Source of the DNA: Acholeplasmataceae bacterium
Lineage (GTDB): Bacteria > Bacillota_I > Bacilli_A > Acholeplasmatales > Acholeplasmataceae
Direction of reading: 5' to 3'
DNA: 64,000 nt
Assembly (NCBI GenBank): GCA_963667565.1
Contig: OY763415.1
Coordinates: 1,536,001-1,600,000 of the forward strand
Part shown: one piece after another, positions 22,403 to 33,061 of the stretch
Layout of the letters: every line of letters begins with the position of its first letter
How positions within the stretch are numbered: the first letter of the stretch is position 1
Notes under the pieces: model-generated
Database searches by the model: none
Told to the model about the DNA's origin: nothing
What the model saw: the letters and a program-made list of their open reading frames with translations, nothing else
Made by a program: the position numbers and the translations under genes

Positions 22403-22993
22403 ATGAAAAAAGTACCAGTCGGTATATCTGGCCGTCATCTCCATGTAACACGTGAGGATTTAGACACATTATTTGGTAAAGGTTATGAACTCACACCTAT
22501 GAAAGATTTGAGTCAACCTGGACAATACGCTGCAGAAGAAAAAGTAGACGTGATTAGTCCAGCAGGTAAGGAAATCAAAGGTGTACGCATCTTAGGTCCA
22601 GTTAGACCACAATCTCAAGTTGAGATTTCAAAGAGCGACGCTATTAGAGGTAAATTTGTTGCACCAGTACGTTCATCTGGTGATGTCAAAGGCTCAGGTC
22701 CTGCAACATTGGTAGGTCCTAATGGTAAAGTGGAATTAACAGAAGGTGTCATTATTGCTGATAGACACATTCACTTCTCACTTGAAGATGCTGAAGCTTT
22801 TGGTGTCGTAAACGGACAAAAAGTAAGCCTAAAAGTTTCAGGAGAAAAACCTGGGATTTTAGATAATGTTTTATGTCGTGTTAGTCCTAAATATGCCTTA
22901 GATTGTCATTTGGATACAGATGACGGAAGTGCATTTATGTTATCAACAGGCGACGAAGTAGAACTTGTAAAATCTTACACAATTAACGAATAA
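22403..22993 (+). CDS. pduL: Phosphate propanoyl/acetyltransferase PduL
   Basis: SGRHLH, LSQPGQYA, VRILGP.R, ADRHIH, HLDTDD. Confidence 0.92.
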   Translation: MKKVPVGISGRHLHVTREDLDTLFGKGYELTPMKDLSQPGQYAAEEKVDVISPAGKEIKGVRILGPVRPQSQVEISKSDAIRGKFVAPVRSSGDVKGSGPATLVGPNGKVELTEGVIIADRHIHFSLEDAEAFGVVNGQKVSLKVSGEKPGILDNVLCRVSPKYALDCHLDTDDGSAFMLSTGDEVELVKSYTINE

Positions 22994-23016
22994 GTGCCTA
23001 TATAGGCACTTTTTTG
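22992..23016 (+). terminator. Terminator after pduL
   Basis: AAGTGCCTA-TA-TAGGCACTT plus T-tract. Confidence 0.75.
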
Positions 23017-23031
23017 CCTTCGGAGGTTTAT

Positions 23032-24237
23032 ATGGAAAAACTTGAAAGACAGCAAGTCTTAAAAGATCCAATTTACGGATATATTCATATTGATTATAAA
23101 GTGATTAAGGATGTACTTAATACATCTTTGTTTCAAAGACTTAGAAGAGTAAGACAACTATCTGGTGTTCAGATGGTGTTTCATGGTGCAGAGCATTCAA
23201 GATTTAGTCATTCTCTTGGCGTTTATGAAGTTGCTTATCGCTTTTTAAGTGTTCCTGATATTGATCAAAAATTAAGTGCAAGAGAAAAGGGGTTGTTTTT
23301 AACAACTGCAATGCTTCATGATATTGGCCATGGCGCTTATTCACATGCGTTTGAAGATATTGTTGGCACGAATCATGAACATGTAGGGGCAAGACTTATA
23401 TTAGAACATAAAGAATTAAGAAAAGTTTTAGATTTAGTCGATGAGAATTTTGCATTAGATGTTGCGAACATCTTATTAAAACAAAAGCGATTTCCACTGA
23501 TTGAACAATTAATTTCTTCACAACTCGATGTTGACCGTCTTGACTATTTGGAAAGAGATGCGTATTTTACTGGAACTGCATATGGACATATTGATTTAGA
23601 TCGTATCATTCGTGTATGTCAAATCGTTGATGATAAAATCGTATTTAAAGCAAGTGGTATTGGTGCTATAGAAAATTATTTGATTAGTAGATATCATATG
23701 TATTGGCAAGTTTATTATCATGCAGTTTCTAGAGCATATGAAGTTGTTCTTGAAAAGATTTATCAAAGAGTTAAAAAGTTATGTTTAGAAGGATTTGCAT
23801 TCAAATCTAATATAATTCCACTTAAAAAGGTCATTGAAGACCCTAATGATTTAGAGAACTATTTATTGATCGATGATTATTATATGAATGGATTAATTGC
23901 AAGTTTTATTAATTCAGAAGATCACATATTAAAAAACTTATCCAATGACTTTTTAAATAGACACATATGGGCCTATGTGGATGACGTTAAAGAAAATAAG
24001 AAGACCATTGATGATATCTATAATGGTTTTGATGAAGAAGAAAAAATTTATTATACAGCAAATAAATCGGTTTCTAATTTAACATATGTTGATGGTGGAA
24101 AAAACTTTGGTGATAAAATATATATTCTAAAACCAAATGGAGAAGTAACAACATTAAAAGAAGCATCAGAAATTATTAAAAGTTTAGTTGAATCAGGAAA
24201 ACGTAGTGATCCTAAATTTTTCTATCGTAAATCATGA
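23032..24237 (+). CDS. HD-domain phosphohydrolase (YwfO/dNTPase-like)
   Basis: KDPIYGYI, FQRLRR, HSRFSHSLG, LHDIGHG, DVDRLDYL.RD. Confidence 0.9.
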   Translation: MEKLERQQVLKDPIYGYIHIDYKVIKDVLNTSLFQRLRRVRQLSGVQMVFHGAEHSRFSHSLGVYEVAYRFLSVPDIDQKLSAREKGLFLTTAMLHDIGHGAYSHAFEDIVGTNHEHVGARLILEHKELRKVLDLVDENFALDVANILLKQKRFPLIEQLISSQLDVDRLDYLERDAYFTGTAYGHIDLDRIIRVCQIVDDKIVFKASGIGAIENYLISRYHMYWQVYYHAVSRAYEVVLEKIYQRVKKLCLEGFAFKSNIIPLKKVIEDPNDLENYLLIDDYYMNGLIASFINSEDHILKNLSNDFLNRHIWAYVDDVKENKKTIDDIYNGFDEEEKIYYTANKSVSNLTYVDGGKNFGDKIYILKPNGEVTTLKEASEIIKSLVESGKRSDPKFFYRKS

Positions 24238-24779
24238 GACCAAAAGTATTTGTCGTTGAAGGGAAAAATGACGCATCAAGACTTTATCAAATTTTAGGTG
24301 ATGTAGAAATTGTGACTACAAATGGTAGTGAAACGAGCAAGGAAACTATTGACTTATTAAAAGCGTTAGATGAAACACATGATTTAATTTTATTTTTAGA
24401 TCCAGATTATCCAGGAAACAAAATTAGATCAATGCTTGAGCAAGAACTTACACACGTAGCTCATGCACATATCTTAAAAAAAGATGGAATTTCTAAAAAT
24501 AAGAAAAAAGTAGGTATTGAACACGCAGATAAAGAAGTCATTTTAGAAGCTTTATCTCATATCATGTATCAAAATCAAAAAGTGCGTAGCGATATAGAAG
24601 CCTATGATTTATTTGAATTAAAACTTATTGGTCATCAAATGAGTAAAACTTTAAGGTTAGAAGTCGCACAAAAGATGCATCTTGGCCATGTTAATGGTAA
24701 AACATTATTGTATAGATTGCATATGTTTGGATATATGAAGAAAGATTTAATTGAGGTCGTACATGCAACATCAAGCTAA
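24234..24779 (+). CDS. rnmV: Ribonuclease M5
   Basis: TOPRIM VVEGKND, DPDYPG.KIR, GIEHA; upstream of rsmA. Confidence 0.92.
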   Translation: MRPKVFVVEGKNDASRLYQILGDVEIVTTNGSETSKETIDLLKALDETHDLILFLDPDYPGNKIRSMLEQELTHVAHAHILKKDGISKNKKKVGIEHADKEVILEALSHIMYQNQKVRSDIEAYDLFELKLIGHQMSKTLRLEVAQKMHLGHVNGKTLLYRLHMFGYMKKDLIEVVHATSS

Positions 24780-25548
24780 AAAAAGATATGGACAAAACTT
24801 TTTAAAAGACAAAAATCTATTAGATAAGATTGTCCGACTGTCACAAATTAAAGATCAACACGTGATTGAGATAGGGCCAGGGCAAGGTGCTTTGACCTCT
24901 TTTTTGGTTAAATATGCTAAAGATGTTAAAGCATATGAAATCGATACTTCTTTAAAGAAGTTTTTAAAGCCCTTAGAGACAACAAATCAAAATCTAGAAA
25001 TCATTTATGGTGATTTCATGGAAGCACAACTTGTATTACAAGAAGAGACTCATGTGGTTGCTAATGTACCATATTACATTACAACACCTATCATTTTTAA
25101 ATTTTTAGAAACACCCTTGTTAAAATCAGCAACAATGATGATTCAAAAAGAAGTAGCAGAACGTTTAAACGCTAAACCCAATCAAAAAGCATACAATAGT
25201 TTATCTGTTTTAATCCAATATTATACACACATTGAAAAACTTATGGATGTCAAAAGACATATGTTTACCCCAGTTCCCAATGTGGATAGTATCGTGATTA
25301 GAATGGTTAAAAGAGATGATGCTTTGCTATCAAAAGCTGAAGAAATCAAATTTGTATCACTGGTTAAAACGGCATTTACTCAAAAGCGAAAAACACTTGT
25401 TAATAATTTATCTTTAATTAAAGATACACATAAACAAGATATTATAGATTATTTAAAAACACTTGGTTTTGATGAACGGATCAGAGCTGAGCAATTATCC
25501 ATCCAGGATTTCATAACTTTATCTAAGGGGTGGACATATGGTTATTGA
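24763..25548 (+). CDS. rsmA: 16S rRNA dimethyladenosine transferase
   Basis: KKRYGQNFL, EIGPGQG, ANVPYYITTP, QKEVAER. Confidence 0.96.
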   Translation: MQHQAKKRYGQNFLKDKNLLDKIVRLSQIKDQHVIEIGPGQGALTSFLVKYAKDVKAYEIDTSLKKFLKPLETTNQNLEIIYGDFMEAQLVLQEETHVVANVPYYITTPIIFKFLETPLLKSATMMIQKEVAERLNAKPNQKAYNSLSVLIQYYTHIEKLMDVKRHMFTPVPNVDSIVIRMVKRDDALLSKAEEIKFVSLVKTAFTQKRKTLVNNLSLIKDTHKQDIIDYLKTLGFDERIRAEQLSIQDFITLSKGWTYGY

Positions 25549-26359
25549 AAAGGCATATGCGAAAATCAATTTAGCATTAGAAGTTGTTAAGAAAAGAGAA
25601 GATGGATTTCATGAACTTAAAATGATTATGTTACCACTAGAGCTTCACGATACATTAACCTTTGAATTGTCTGATCACGTAGAATTGGTTTCAAATATAG
25701 ATATTAAAAACAACGCTATTTTAAAAACTGTAGCATATATGCAACAAAAATATCATATTAATGAGAATGTTAAAATCACACTGGATAAGCGTATTCCAAT
25801 AGGTGCAGGTCTTGGTGGTGGTTCAGCTGATATATCTGCAACCATAAGAGGGCTAAATACGCTTTTTGGATTGAACAAAACACTTTTTGAGCTTGAAGAA
25901 GATGCGAATGCATTAGGATCTGATACACTCTTTTGTTTATATAATAAACCAGCATATGTGTATGGCAGAGGTGATAAAATAGAGTTCTTAAATCAAGTGC
26001 CGATTACGGATATTTACTTATTTAATCCAGGTATTGAAATATCAACAAAGGAAGTATTTTTAAACCATAAAATAGAAGAAAAAACACGCGATTTTTCCAA
26101 ATTATTAGAGGATTATAAGAATGAAAACTTGGAAGGTTTCTTCAAAAACACATATAATGATTTACATAAAACTGCAATTTTGATATCAAAAGAGTTAGAA
26201 AAATACGAAAAAAACATAAAAAAAGTGAGTAAAAACGCATACATGAGTGGGAGTGGTTCTACCTATTTTTTCGCAGATTTCAAAGGAAACATTACCAATT
26301 TTGATGAAAAAACGGCTAAAATTAAACTAAAATACATAAAAACCAAGCCAAAAAATTGA
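25538..26359 (+). CDS. ispE: 4-diphosphocytidyl-2-C-methyl-D-erythritol kinase
   Basis: AYAKINL.L, KRIPIGAGLGGGSAD, MSGSGS. Confidence 0.93.
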   Translation: MVIEKAYAKINLALEVVKKREDGFHELKMIMLPLELHDTLTFELSDHVELVSNIDIKNNAILKTVAYMQQKYHINENVKITLDKRIPIGAGLGGGSADISATIRGLNTLFGLNKTLFELEEDANALGSDTLFCLYNKPAYVYGRGDKIEFLNQVPITDIYLFNPGIEISTKEVFLNHKIEEKTRDFSKLLEDYKNENLEGFFKNTYNDLHKTAILISKELEKYEKNIKKVSKNAYMSGSGSTYFFADFKGNITNFDEKTAKIKLKYIKTKPKN

Positions 26360-26438
26360 AAAATCTTTAATAATATAGGCCAATATGCTATAATTTAGGT
26401 AGTTAGACAAAACAATTTTTAGCGTCTTGGAGGGCCAA

Positions 26439-26717
26439 ATGAAAATTACAGATGTTAGAGTGAAAATCGTGAACAGCGATAGTAGATTAAGGGGAGTGGC
26501 TACGATTACTTTTGATGAAAGTTTCGTCGTCCATGATATTAGAATTATTGAAGGTGAAAACGGATTGTTTGTTGCAATGCCAAGTAAAAAAACACCAAAT
26601 GGGACATTTAGAGATATAGCACATCCAATTCATGGTGATATGCGTAAATCAATTGAAGATGCAATTGCTGCTGAGTATAAAGAAGAATTAAAGAGACCAG
26701 TTAGCGAAGAAGCATAA
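26439..26717 (+). CDS. spoVG: SpoVG family regulator
   Basis: [32 protein letters not shown]. Confidence 0.95.
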   Translation: MKITDVRVKIVNSDSRLRGVATITFDESFVVHDIRIIEGENGLFVAMPSKKTPNGTFRDIAHPIHGDMRKSIEDAIAAEYKEELKRPVSEEA

Positions 26718-26850
26718 TTAAAGTGTTCATACATAAGCTCTTTTTAAAAGGGCTTTTTATTTTGTAAAAACGTTATTTCTTTTGTTGTTTGGCATTTAAA
26801 ATATTACAAAATCATGTATAATAATATTAGAAATATTAAGGGGTGCACTT

Positions 26851-27831
26851 ATGTCAGTCGTATACGGTAAAAAAATTAAATTATTTGCTTTAAGCTCGAA
26901 TAAGCAATTAGCTGAAGAAGTTTCTAAAGCATCAGGTATTGAAATTAGTAATGTTGATGTATTAAGATTTGCTGATGGTGAAATTTCAGTAAACATCGAA
27001 CACAGTGTTCGTGGGCATGATGTTTTTGTGATTCAATCCACATCAAGTCCTGCTAATGATCATATTATGGAACTCTTAGTTTTTGCAGATGCAGTTAAAA
27101 GAGCATCAGCAAAATCAGTGACAGTTCTTATGCCATATTATGGTTATTCAAGACAAGATAGAAAATCAAAATCTAGACAACCTATCACTGCTAAATTGAT
27201 TGCGGATATGCTAGAAGTTGCGGGTATTGATCGTCTTATTTGTATTGATTTACATGCAGCACAAATTCAAGGATTCTTTAATATCCCAATTGATAACTTT
27301 CCTGCAGGACCACTGTTAGCAGATTATTTTGTGCACCAAAAGAAATTAAAAGATATTGTTGTTGTTTCACCCGACCACGGTGGTGTTACACGTGCAAGAA
27401 GATTTGCTAAAACGTTTGATGCACCACTTGCGATTATCGATAAGAGAAGACCAGAACCAAATAAAGCAGAAGTTCAAAACATCATCGGTAATGTTGAAGG
27501 CAAAATTGCGATTATGATTGATGATATTATTGATACCGCAGGTACGCTTATTGCTGGAGCTCAAGCTTTAATTGACGCAGGTGCAAAAGCGGTTTATGCT
27601 GCTGCAACTCATCCTGTATTTTCTAGCAATGCTGTTGAAAGAATTGAGAATTCAGTGATTTCAGAAGTTGTTGTTACGGATACAATTTCAATGGATCCAC
27701 ATATTAAATCAACTAAGATTAAACAAGTATCTATTGGACCATTATTAGGACAATCCATTTTACACGTTATCAAAGATGAACCGATTAGCCAAATCTTTGA
27801 TCAAATTCAACACGAAGAGGATAATAGATGA
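26851..27831 (+). CDS. prs: Ribose-phosphate pyrophosphokinase
   Basis: FADGE, PYYGYSRQDR, DLHAAQIQGFF, DDIIDTAGT. Confidence 0.97.
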   Translation: MSVVYGKKIKLFALSSNKQLAEEVSKASGIEISNVDVLRFADGEISVNIEHSVRGHDVFVIQSTSSPANDHIMELLVFADAVKRASAKSVTVLMPYYGYSRQDRKSKSRQPITAKLIADMLEVAGIDRLICIDLHAAQIQGFFNIPIDNFPAGPLLADYFVHQKKLKDIVVVSPDHGGVTRARRFAKTFDAPLAIIDKRRPEPNKAEVQNIIGNVEGKIAIMIDDIIDTAGTLIAGAQALIDAGAKAVYAAATHPVFSSNAVERIENSVISEVVVTDTISMDPHIKSTKIKQVSIGPLLGQSILHVIKDEPISQIFDQIQHEEDNR

Positions 27832-28397
27832 TATTGTTTGTAGGTTTAGGTAATCCAGGCAAAAAATATGAATTCACAAGACATAATGTTGGATTCATGA
27901 TGCTTGATACCTTCGCAAATAGAAACCAACTAATATTTAAATATGAATCAAAATTTGATGCTGAAATTGTGATATTTAATCAAAATAACCAAAAAATTAT
28001 GTTGTGTAAACCTTCTACTTTCATGAACTTATCAGGTGACGCTTTGGTTAAAGTCATCAATTATTATCAAATCGACATAAGTGATGTCTACGTGTTTGTA
28101 GATGATATTAACTTAGAAGTAGGAAAACTTCGCCTTCGCGAAAAAGGTGGTCATGGTGGACACAACGGACTAAGAGATATCATTTTAAAAACAAGCACCA
28201 ATGATTTTAAACGCATCAGAATTGGTATCGGAGAGAACACATCTAAAAGATTAGATCACTATGTATTAGGTGAATTTTCAAAAGATGAACTCATAACGAT
28301 TAAACTTTCAGCTGATCAATGTGTTGAACTTATGAATGAAGTGATACAAGGCAAAAGTTATTTGGATATCATGACGAAATTTAACACCCAAACATAA
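27828..28397 (+). CDS. pth: Peptidyl-tRNA hydrolase
   Basis: GLGNPG..Y..TRHNVGF, FMNLSG, GGHNG. Confidence 0.96.
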   Translation: MILFVGLGNPGKKYEFTRHNVGFMMLDTFANRNQLIFKYESKFDAEIVIFNQNNQKIMLCKPSTFMNLSGDALVKVINYYQIDISDVYVFVDDINLEVGKLRLREKGGHGGHNGLRDIILKTSTNDFKRIRIGIGENTSKRLDHYVLGEFSKDELITIKLSADQCVELMNEVIQGKSYLDIMTKFNTQT

Positions 28398-28427
28398 GTT
28401 TGGGTTTTCATATCTTTTGGAGGCATT

Positions 28428-31400
28428 ATGCTTGAGTTATTACAGTTGCATCCTGGCTTTAAAGAAAATAATAAAACAGTTTATTTAAAGCATAGCCACG
28501 ATATTTACGACGTATATATGTTATCTAAGTTGTTTCATGAAGTTCATGAAACAATTTTTGTCGTCCTACCCAATTTATATGAAGCACAAAAATATTATGA
28601 TTTATTTAATCAAATCAATGATTATGATGACGTCTTATTTTATCCAGCTGATGAAACACTCACCTACATGATGGCTTTAGGGAGTCCTGAATTTAGAAGT
28701 GAACGTTTATATACTTTAAAACAATTGATGACAGGCAAACCTTATATTGTTGTTTTAACGACACAAGGATTATCACAACGACAATTAACACCTAAAGATC
28801 ATTTAAACAGTGTCAAGTTACTTGAAAAAAACCAAGTAACCTCACTTGAAGAGCTTGTAAGATTTTTGGTCTATAGTGGATATAAAAAAGTCTATACTGT
28901 TGAAAAACCTGGTGAATTTAGTGTAAGAGGACATATCGTAGATGTGTACTCACTGAACTATGAACACCCGTTTAGACTTGACTTCTTTGGCGATGAAATT
29001 GATCAAATTAAATTTTTTCAAGTTGATACACAAAGAAGTTTCTTACCGATTGAACATATAGAGATTGCACCTATGCATGAACTTTTTTATACAGATGAAA
29101 TGAAGGAAAAAGCACTTAAGAAAATCGCTAAATTTTTTAGCAACTTCAATTTATCTGAACGAGAAAAACAAAAATATGATGAAGATATCAATCATATTGA
29201 AGAAAGAAACCAATTAGATGGTATGGGTATGTATATCCCATTTTTCAATGAAGAAAAAAGCAATTTATTAAGTTTCTCCAAACAATATCGTTTGTTTTAC
29301 ATAGATGTTGAAAAAATGTTGTTTAATCAAGATCAAATCAAAGAAGATTTAGAAACTTATGCAATTACTATGAATGGACGTGCCTTTTTAAATATTGACT
29401 TTAAGATTCCATTTAATGAATTAATCACATATAAACATACTGAAATTAATCATTTAGGATTTAATGATGATAAAAGTATTGATTTAAACATTAGTAAGAT
29501 CAATGAATATCAAGGTAATCTTTCTTTGTTCTATCATGATATGGTGACATATAAAAATGATTATCGCATTTTTATATTTGCTAAAACTCAAACGTATCGT
29601 TTAGAGCTTTTGTCGTTTCTAAAAGATAAAGGAGAAAGAGTTTATCAAAGTGTAGGACAAGAAAATGGATTTTATGTCTTAGATGAAGAAGGACATGGGT
29701 CTTTTATTGCTCATAGTGAAAAAATTATATTATTAGATGAGATACAAATATTTACTAAACGCATCAGAGCAGCGATTAAGTATCGAAGTGTACTTAATCA
29801 ATCTACAAAGATTAGAACAACGGATGACCTACAAGTAGGCGACTATATTGTTCATTACGATTATGGTATTGGGCGTTACGTTGGATTAAAAACCATGGAT
29901 TTAAGTGGGGAAAAAAGAGATTATCTGCATATCATTTATGCAGGAGAAGAATCTTTATATGTACCTATGGATCAAATTGATATGGTATTAAAATATGCAT
30001 CACAAGATGGTGTGACACCTAAATTATCAAAAATGGGTGGCAAAACATGGTCTAAAACAAAAGCAAGCGTACGTATGAAAATAAAAGATTTAAGTGACCG
30101 CTTGATAAAATTATACGCAACAAGAGAACATACAAAAGGATTTGAATTTGGTAAGGATAGTGACATGCAAAAAAGTTTTGAAAGAGACTTTTTATATGAA
30201 CCCACAAAAGATCAAGTCAAAGCAATCATCGAAACCAAACACGACATGGAAACAGATAAACCGATGGATAGACTTATTTGTGGTGATGTAGGATTTGGTA
30301 AAACAGAGGTTGCTATGCGTGCGGCATTTAAAGCAGTGGTTAATCAAAAACAAGTGCTATATTTAGTACCAACTACAGTTTTAGCAAGACAACACTTTTA
30401 TACATTTAAGGATCGCTTTGAAAAGTATGGTGCAAACATTGCTTTAATGAGTAGATTCGTCACGACTAAGCAACAAAACGAAACATTAAAAAAATTAGAA
30501 AAGGGATATGTTGATGTTGTTATTGGAACACATCGCTTATTGTCAAAAGACATTAAATTTAAAGATCTTGGTTTATTAATCATCGATGAAGAGCAAAGAT
30601 TTGGTGTTGAACATAAAGAACGCATTAGAGAAATTAGAGAAAATGTTGATACACTTACATTAAGTGCAACACCCATCCCTAGAACATTACAAATGTCACT
30701 TTTAGGCTTAAAAGATTTATCAATGATTGAAACACCTCCAATGAATCGTTATCCAGTTCAAACCTATGTGGTTGAAAGACATGATGCACTGATAAAAGAA
30801 GCAATCATGAGAGAGATTTCAAGAGGTGGACAAATATTTTATTTATTTAATCGTGTTCAAGGTATGGAGGGCATGGTTAGACGCTTAGAAAAACTGGTTC
30901 CAGAAGCTAAAATTGGATATGCGCATGGAAAAATGAATAGAGAAGAATTAGAATCAACATTAAGTGATTTTATTGAACACCAATTTGATGTGCTTGTCTC
31001 AACAACCATTATTGAAACAGGCGTTGATATTCCAAACACAAATACATTGATTATCCACGATGCAGATAAACTCGGATTATCACAACTTTATCAAATTAGA
31101 GGACGTGTTGGACGTTCTGATCGTATTGCGTATGCCTATCTTTTATATGATGGACATAAAGAAATTAATGATGAAGCTAAAAAGAGACTTACTGCCATCA
31201 AAGATTTTACTGCGCTAGGTAGTGGATATAAGATTGCGCTTAGAGATTTGTCCATTAGAGGTGCCGGTGATATTTTAGGTGCTGAACAATCTGGATTTAT
31301 TGATAGTGTTGGTGTAGAACTTTATATGAAGCTCCTAGAAGAAGCAGTTACAGGTGTGACCATGGATGAGCAGAGACCAACTCAAATTGATGAAGTGTTT

Positions 31401-31838
31401 GCTCCAAGACATGTGGACCAAAATTATGTATCTGAAGATGCAGCGAGAATTGAGATTCATAAACGTATTAGTGAATTAAACCATATTTCGGATGTTAATG
31501 ATTTAAAAGACGAACTTACAGATAGATATGGCGCTTTAGATAGAGATTTGTTATTATATATGTATGAAAAATTATTTAAAAAACTTGCGTTTAAACTTGG
31601 GGTTCAAAAAACCATGGTTGCAGCACATACTGTAACATTACAATTAACACAAGAAGCTTCGCAAACACAAAATGGACAAGCACTCTTTAGAAAAGCAAGT
31701 GCATTTATGCCACGCATCGAATTAAAATATGAAAGAAGACATATTTATTTGACAATGGACACTAAAAATACTAACCAACATTGGTTATATTTATATGCTA
31801 AATTTTTAGACGAATATTTAAACGAAGGAGTCGTATAA
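28428..31838 (+). CDS. mfd: Transcription-repair coupling factor
   Basis: CGDVGFGKTEVA, IDEEQRFG, SATPIPRTL, YQIRGRVGRS, RDLSIRGAG. Confidence 0.97.
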   Translation: MLELLQLHPGFKENNKTVYLKHSHDIYDVYMLSKLFHEVHETIFVVLPNLYEAQKYYDLFNQINDYDDVLFYPADETLTYMMALGSPEFRSERLYTLKQLMTGKPYIVVLTTQGLSQRQLTPKDHLNSVKLLEKNQVTSLEELVRFLVYSGYKKVYTVEKPGEFSVRGHIVDVYSLNYEHPFRLDFFGDEIDQIKFFQVDTQRSFLPIEHIEIAPMHELFYTDEMKEKALKKIAKFFSNFNLSEREKQKYDEDINHIEERNQLDGMGMYIPFFNEEKSNLLSFSKQYRLFYIDVEKMLFNQDQIKEDLETYAITMNGRAFLNIDFKIPFNELITYKHTEINHLGFNDDKSIDLNISKINEYQGNLSLFYHDMVTYKNDYRIFIFAKTQTYRLELLSFLKDKGERVYQSVGQENGFYVLDEEGHGSFIAHSEKIILLDEIQIFTKRIRAAIKYRSVLNQSTKIRTTDDLQVGDYIVHYDYGIGRYVGLKTMDLSGEKRDYLHIIYAGEESLYVPMDQIDMVLKYASQDGVTPKLSKMGGKTWSKTKASVRMKIKDLSDRLIKLYATREHTKGFEFGKDSDMQKSFERDFLYEPTKDQVKAIIETKHDMETDKPMDRLICGDVGFGKTEVAMRAAFKAVVNQKQVLYLVPTTVLARQHFYTFKDRFEKYGANIALMSRFVTTKQQNETLKKLEKGYVDVVIGTHRLLSKDIKFKDLGLLIIDEEQRFGVEHKERIREIRENVDTLTLSATPIPRTLQMSLLGLKDLSMIETPPMNRYPVQTYVVERHDALIKEAIMREISRGGQIFYLFNRVQGMEGMVRRLEKLVPEAKIGYAHGKMNREELESTLSDFIEHQFDVLVSTTIIETGVDIPNTNTLIIHDADKLGLSQLYQIRGRVGRSDRIAYAYLLYDGHKEINDEAKKRLTAIKDFTALGSGYKIALRDLSIRGAGDILGAEQSGFIDSVGVELYMKLLEEAVTGVTMDEQRPTQIDEVFAPRHVDQNYVSEDAARIEIHKRISELNHISDVNDLKDELTDRYGALDRDLLLYMYEKLFKKLAFKLGVQKTMVAAHTVTLQLTQEASQTQNGQALFRKASAFMPRIELKYERRHIYLTMDTKNTNQHWLYLYAKFLDEYLNEGVV

Positions 31839-31842
31839 ATTT

Positions 31843-33021
31843 ATGATGATCGATATTTTACAATTATCAGAAGAAGCTCAAAGAAAGAAACATACTAACC
31901 CTAAAGTGATTAACGCAACCGCAGGTATGTATTTTGATGAAGAAGGGCGTGTTGGCGGTATGCCTTCAGTCTTTAAAGGTTTAAAAACATTTAATGAAGA
32001 TCAAATGTTACCTTATCCAGCAAGTGATGGTGCCGAACCATTCAAATCCAATGCTATTTCTTGGGTTTTAGATTTATATGAAGAAAAATTAAGAAAGAGT
32101 CTCTATATTGCAGCAAACGCTACACCTGGTGGTAGTGGTGCTATCGCCGGTGTGTTTTCTATTTATGCCGAACCTGGGGATAAAGTGTTTATTTCTAATA
32201 TAAGATGGCAATACGATCGATTTGCGCAAAGAGCACGTTTAAGTATTTTTGAACATAATACATTTATTAATGATCATTTTGACGTTAAAAGTTTTGAAAC
32301 AGAGCTAGAAAAACTTTGCAAGGTTCAAAAACAAGTGATTGTCGTGATTAATGATCCTTGCCATAATCCAACTGGATATACACTTTCTATGGAAGAATGG
32401 AAAGATATATTGGTTGCTATTAATAAATTTAAAGATAATAACATTGTTTTAATGTATGATTTAGCATACTTAGAATATTCAGATGAAAAAGATCCAAGAG
32501 CTAAATTATCATATCTTGATGTTCTAGGATCACATGTGATTACGATTATGACATTTAGTGGATCAAAAACATTTGGAATTTATGGACTTAGAATGGGTGC
32601 TGCAATTGCATTATCAAAAGATGAGTCTAAAATTAGACATTTCCAAAGAGCTTTTATTGATGAATCAAGAGGATCTTGGTCAGCAACACCGATGGTTGCA
32701 ATTGAATTGTTAAATTATTTTTCTAAAAAAGAAAATCAAAAAGAATTTTTAGTTGATCTAGAAGAAATGCACAAACAAGTCAATGCGAGAAGTTCATTAT
32801 TTAAAGAACAAGCAAAAGCTGCAGGTTTAAAAACACATCCATTTAGAAGTGGATTTTATACGATTGTTTTAGCGGATGATCCAGAAGCTGCATTTAAAAA
32901 GTTATTGGATCAAGATATTTATACAATTCCTATGGCAGGTGGTATTAGAATTGCTTTATGTAGTTTACCACTGCATGAGATTGACGGTTTAGCGACTCGA
33001 ATCCAAAAAATATTAGGGTAA
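31843..33021 (+). CDS. Class I/II PLP-dependent aminotransferase
   Basis: TPGGSGA, HNPTGY, DLAY, SGSKTFG.YGLR.G. Confidence 0.9.
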   Translation: MMIDILQLSEEAQRKKHTNPKVINATAGMYFDEEGRVGGMPSVFKGLKTFNEDQMLPYPASDGAEPFKSNAISWVLDLYEEKLRKSLYIAANATPGGSGAIAGVFSIYAEPGDKVFISNIRWQYDRFAQRARLSIFEHNTFINDHFDVKSFETELEKLCKVQKQVIVVINDPCHNPTGYTLSMEEWKDILVAINKFKDNNIVLMYDLAYLEYSDEKDPRAKLSYLDVLGSHVITIMTFSGSKTFGIYGLRMGAAIALSKDESKIRHFQRAFIDESRGSWSATPMVAIELLNYFSKKENQKEFLVDLEEMHKQVNARSSLFKEQAKAAGLKTHPFRSGFYTIVLADDPEAAFKKLLDQDIYTIPMAGGIRIALCSLPLHEIDGLATRIQKILG

Positions 33022-33061
33022 TTGTGTGTTATAATAAAACCGTAGAAGGAGCGATAAACTT

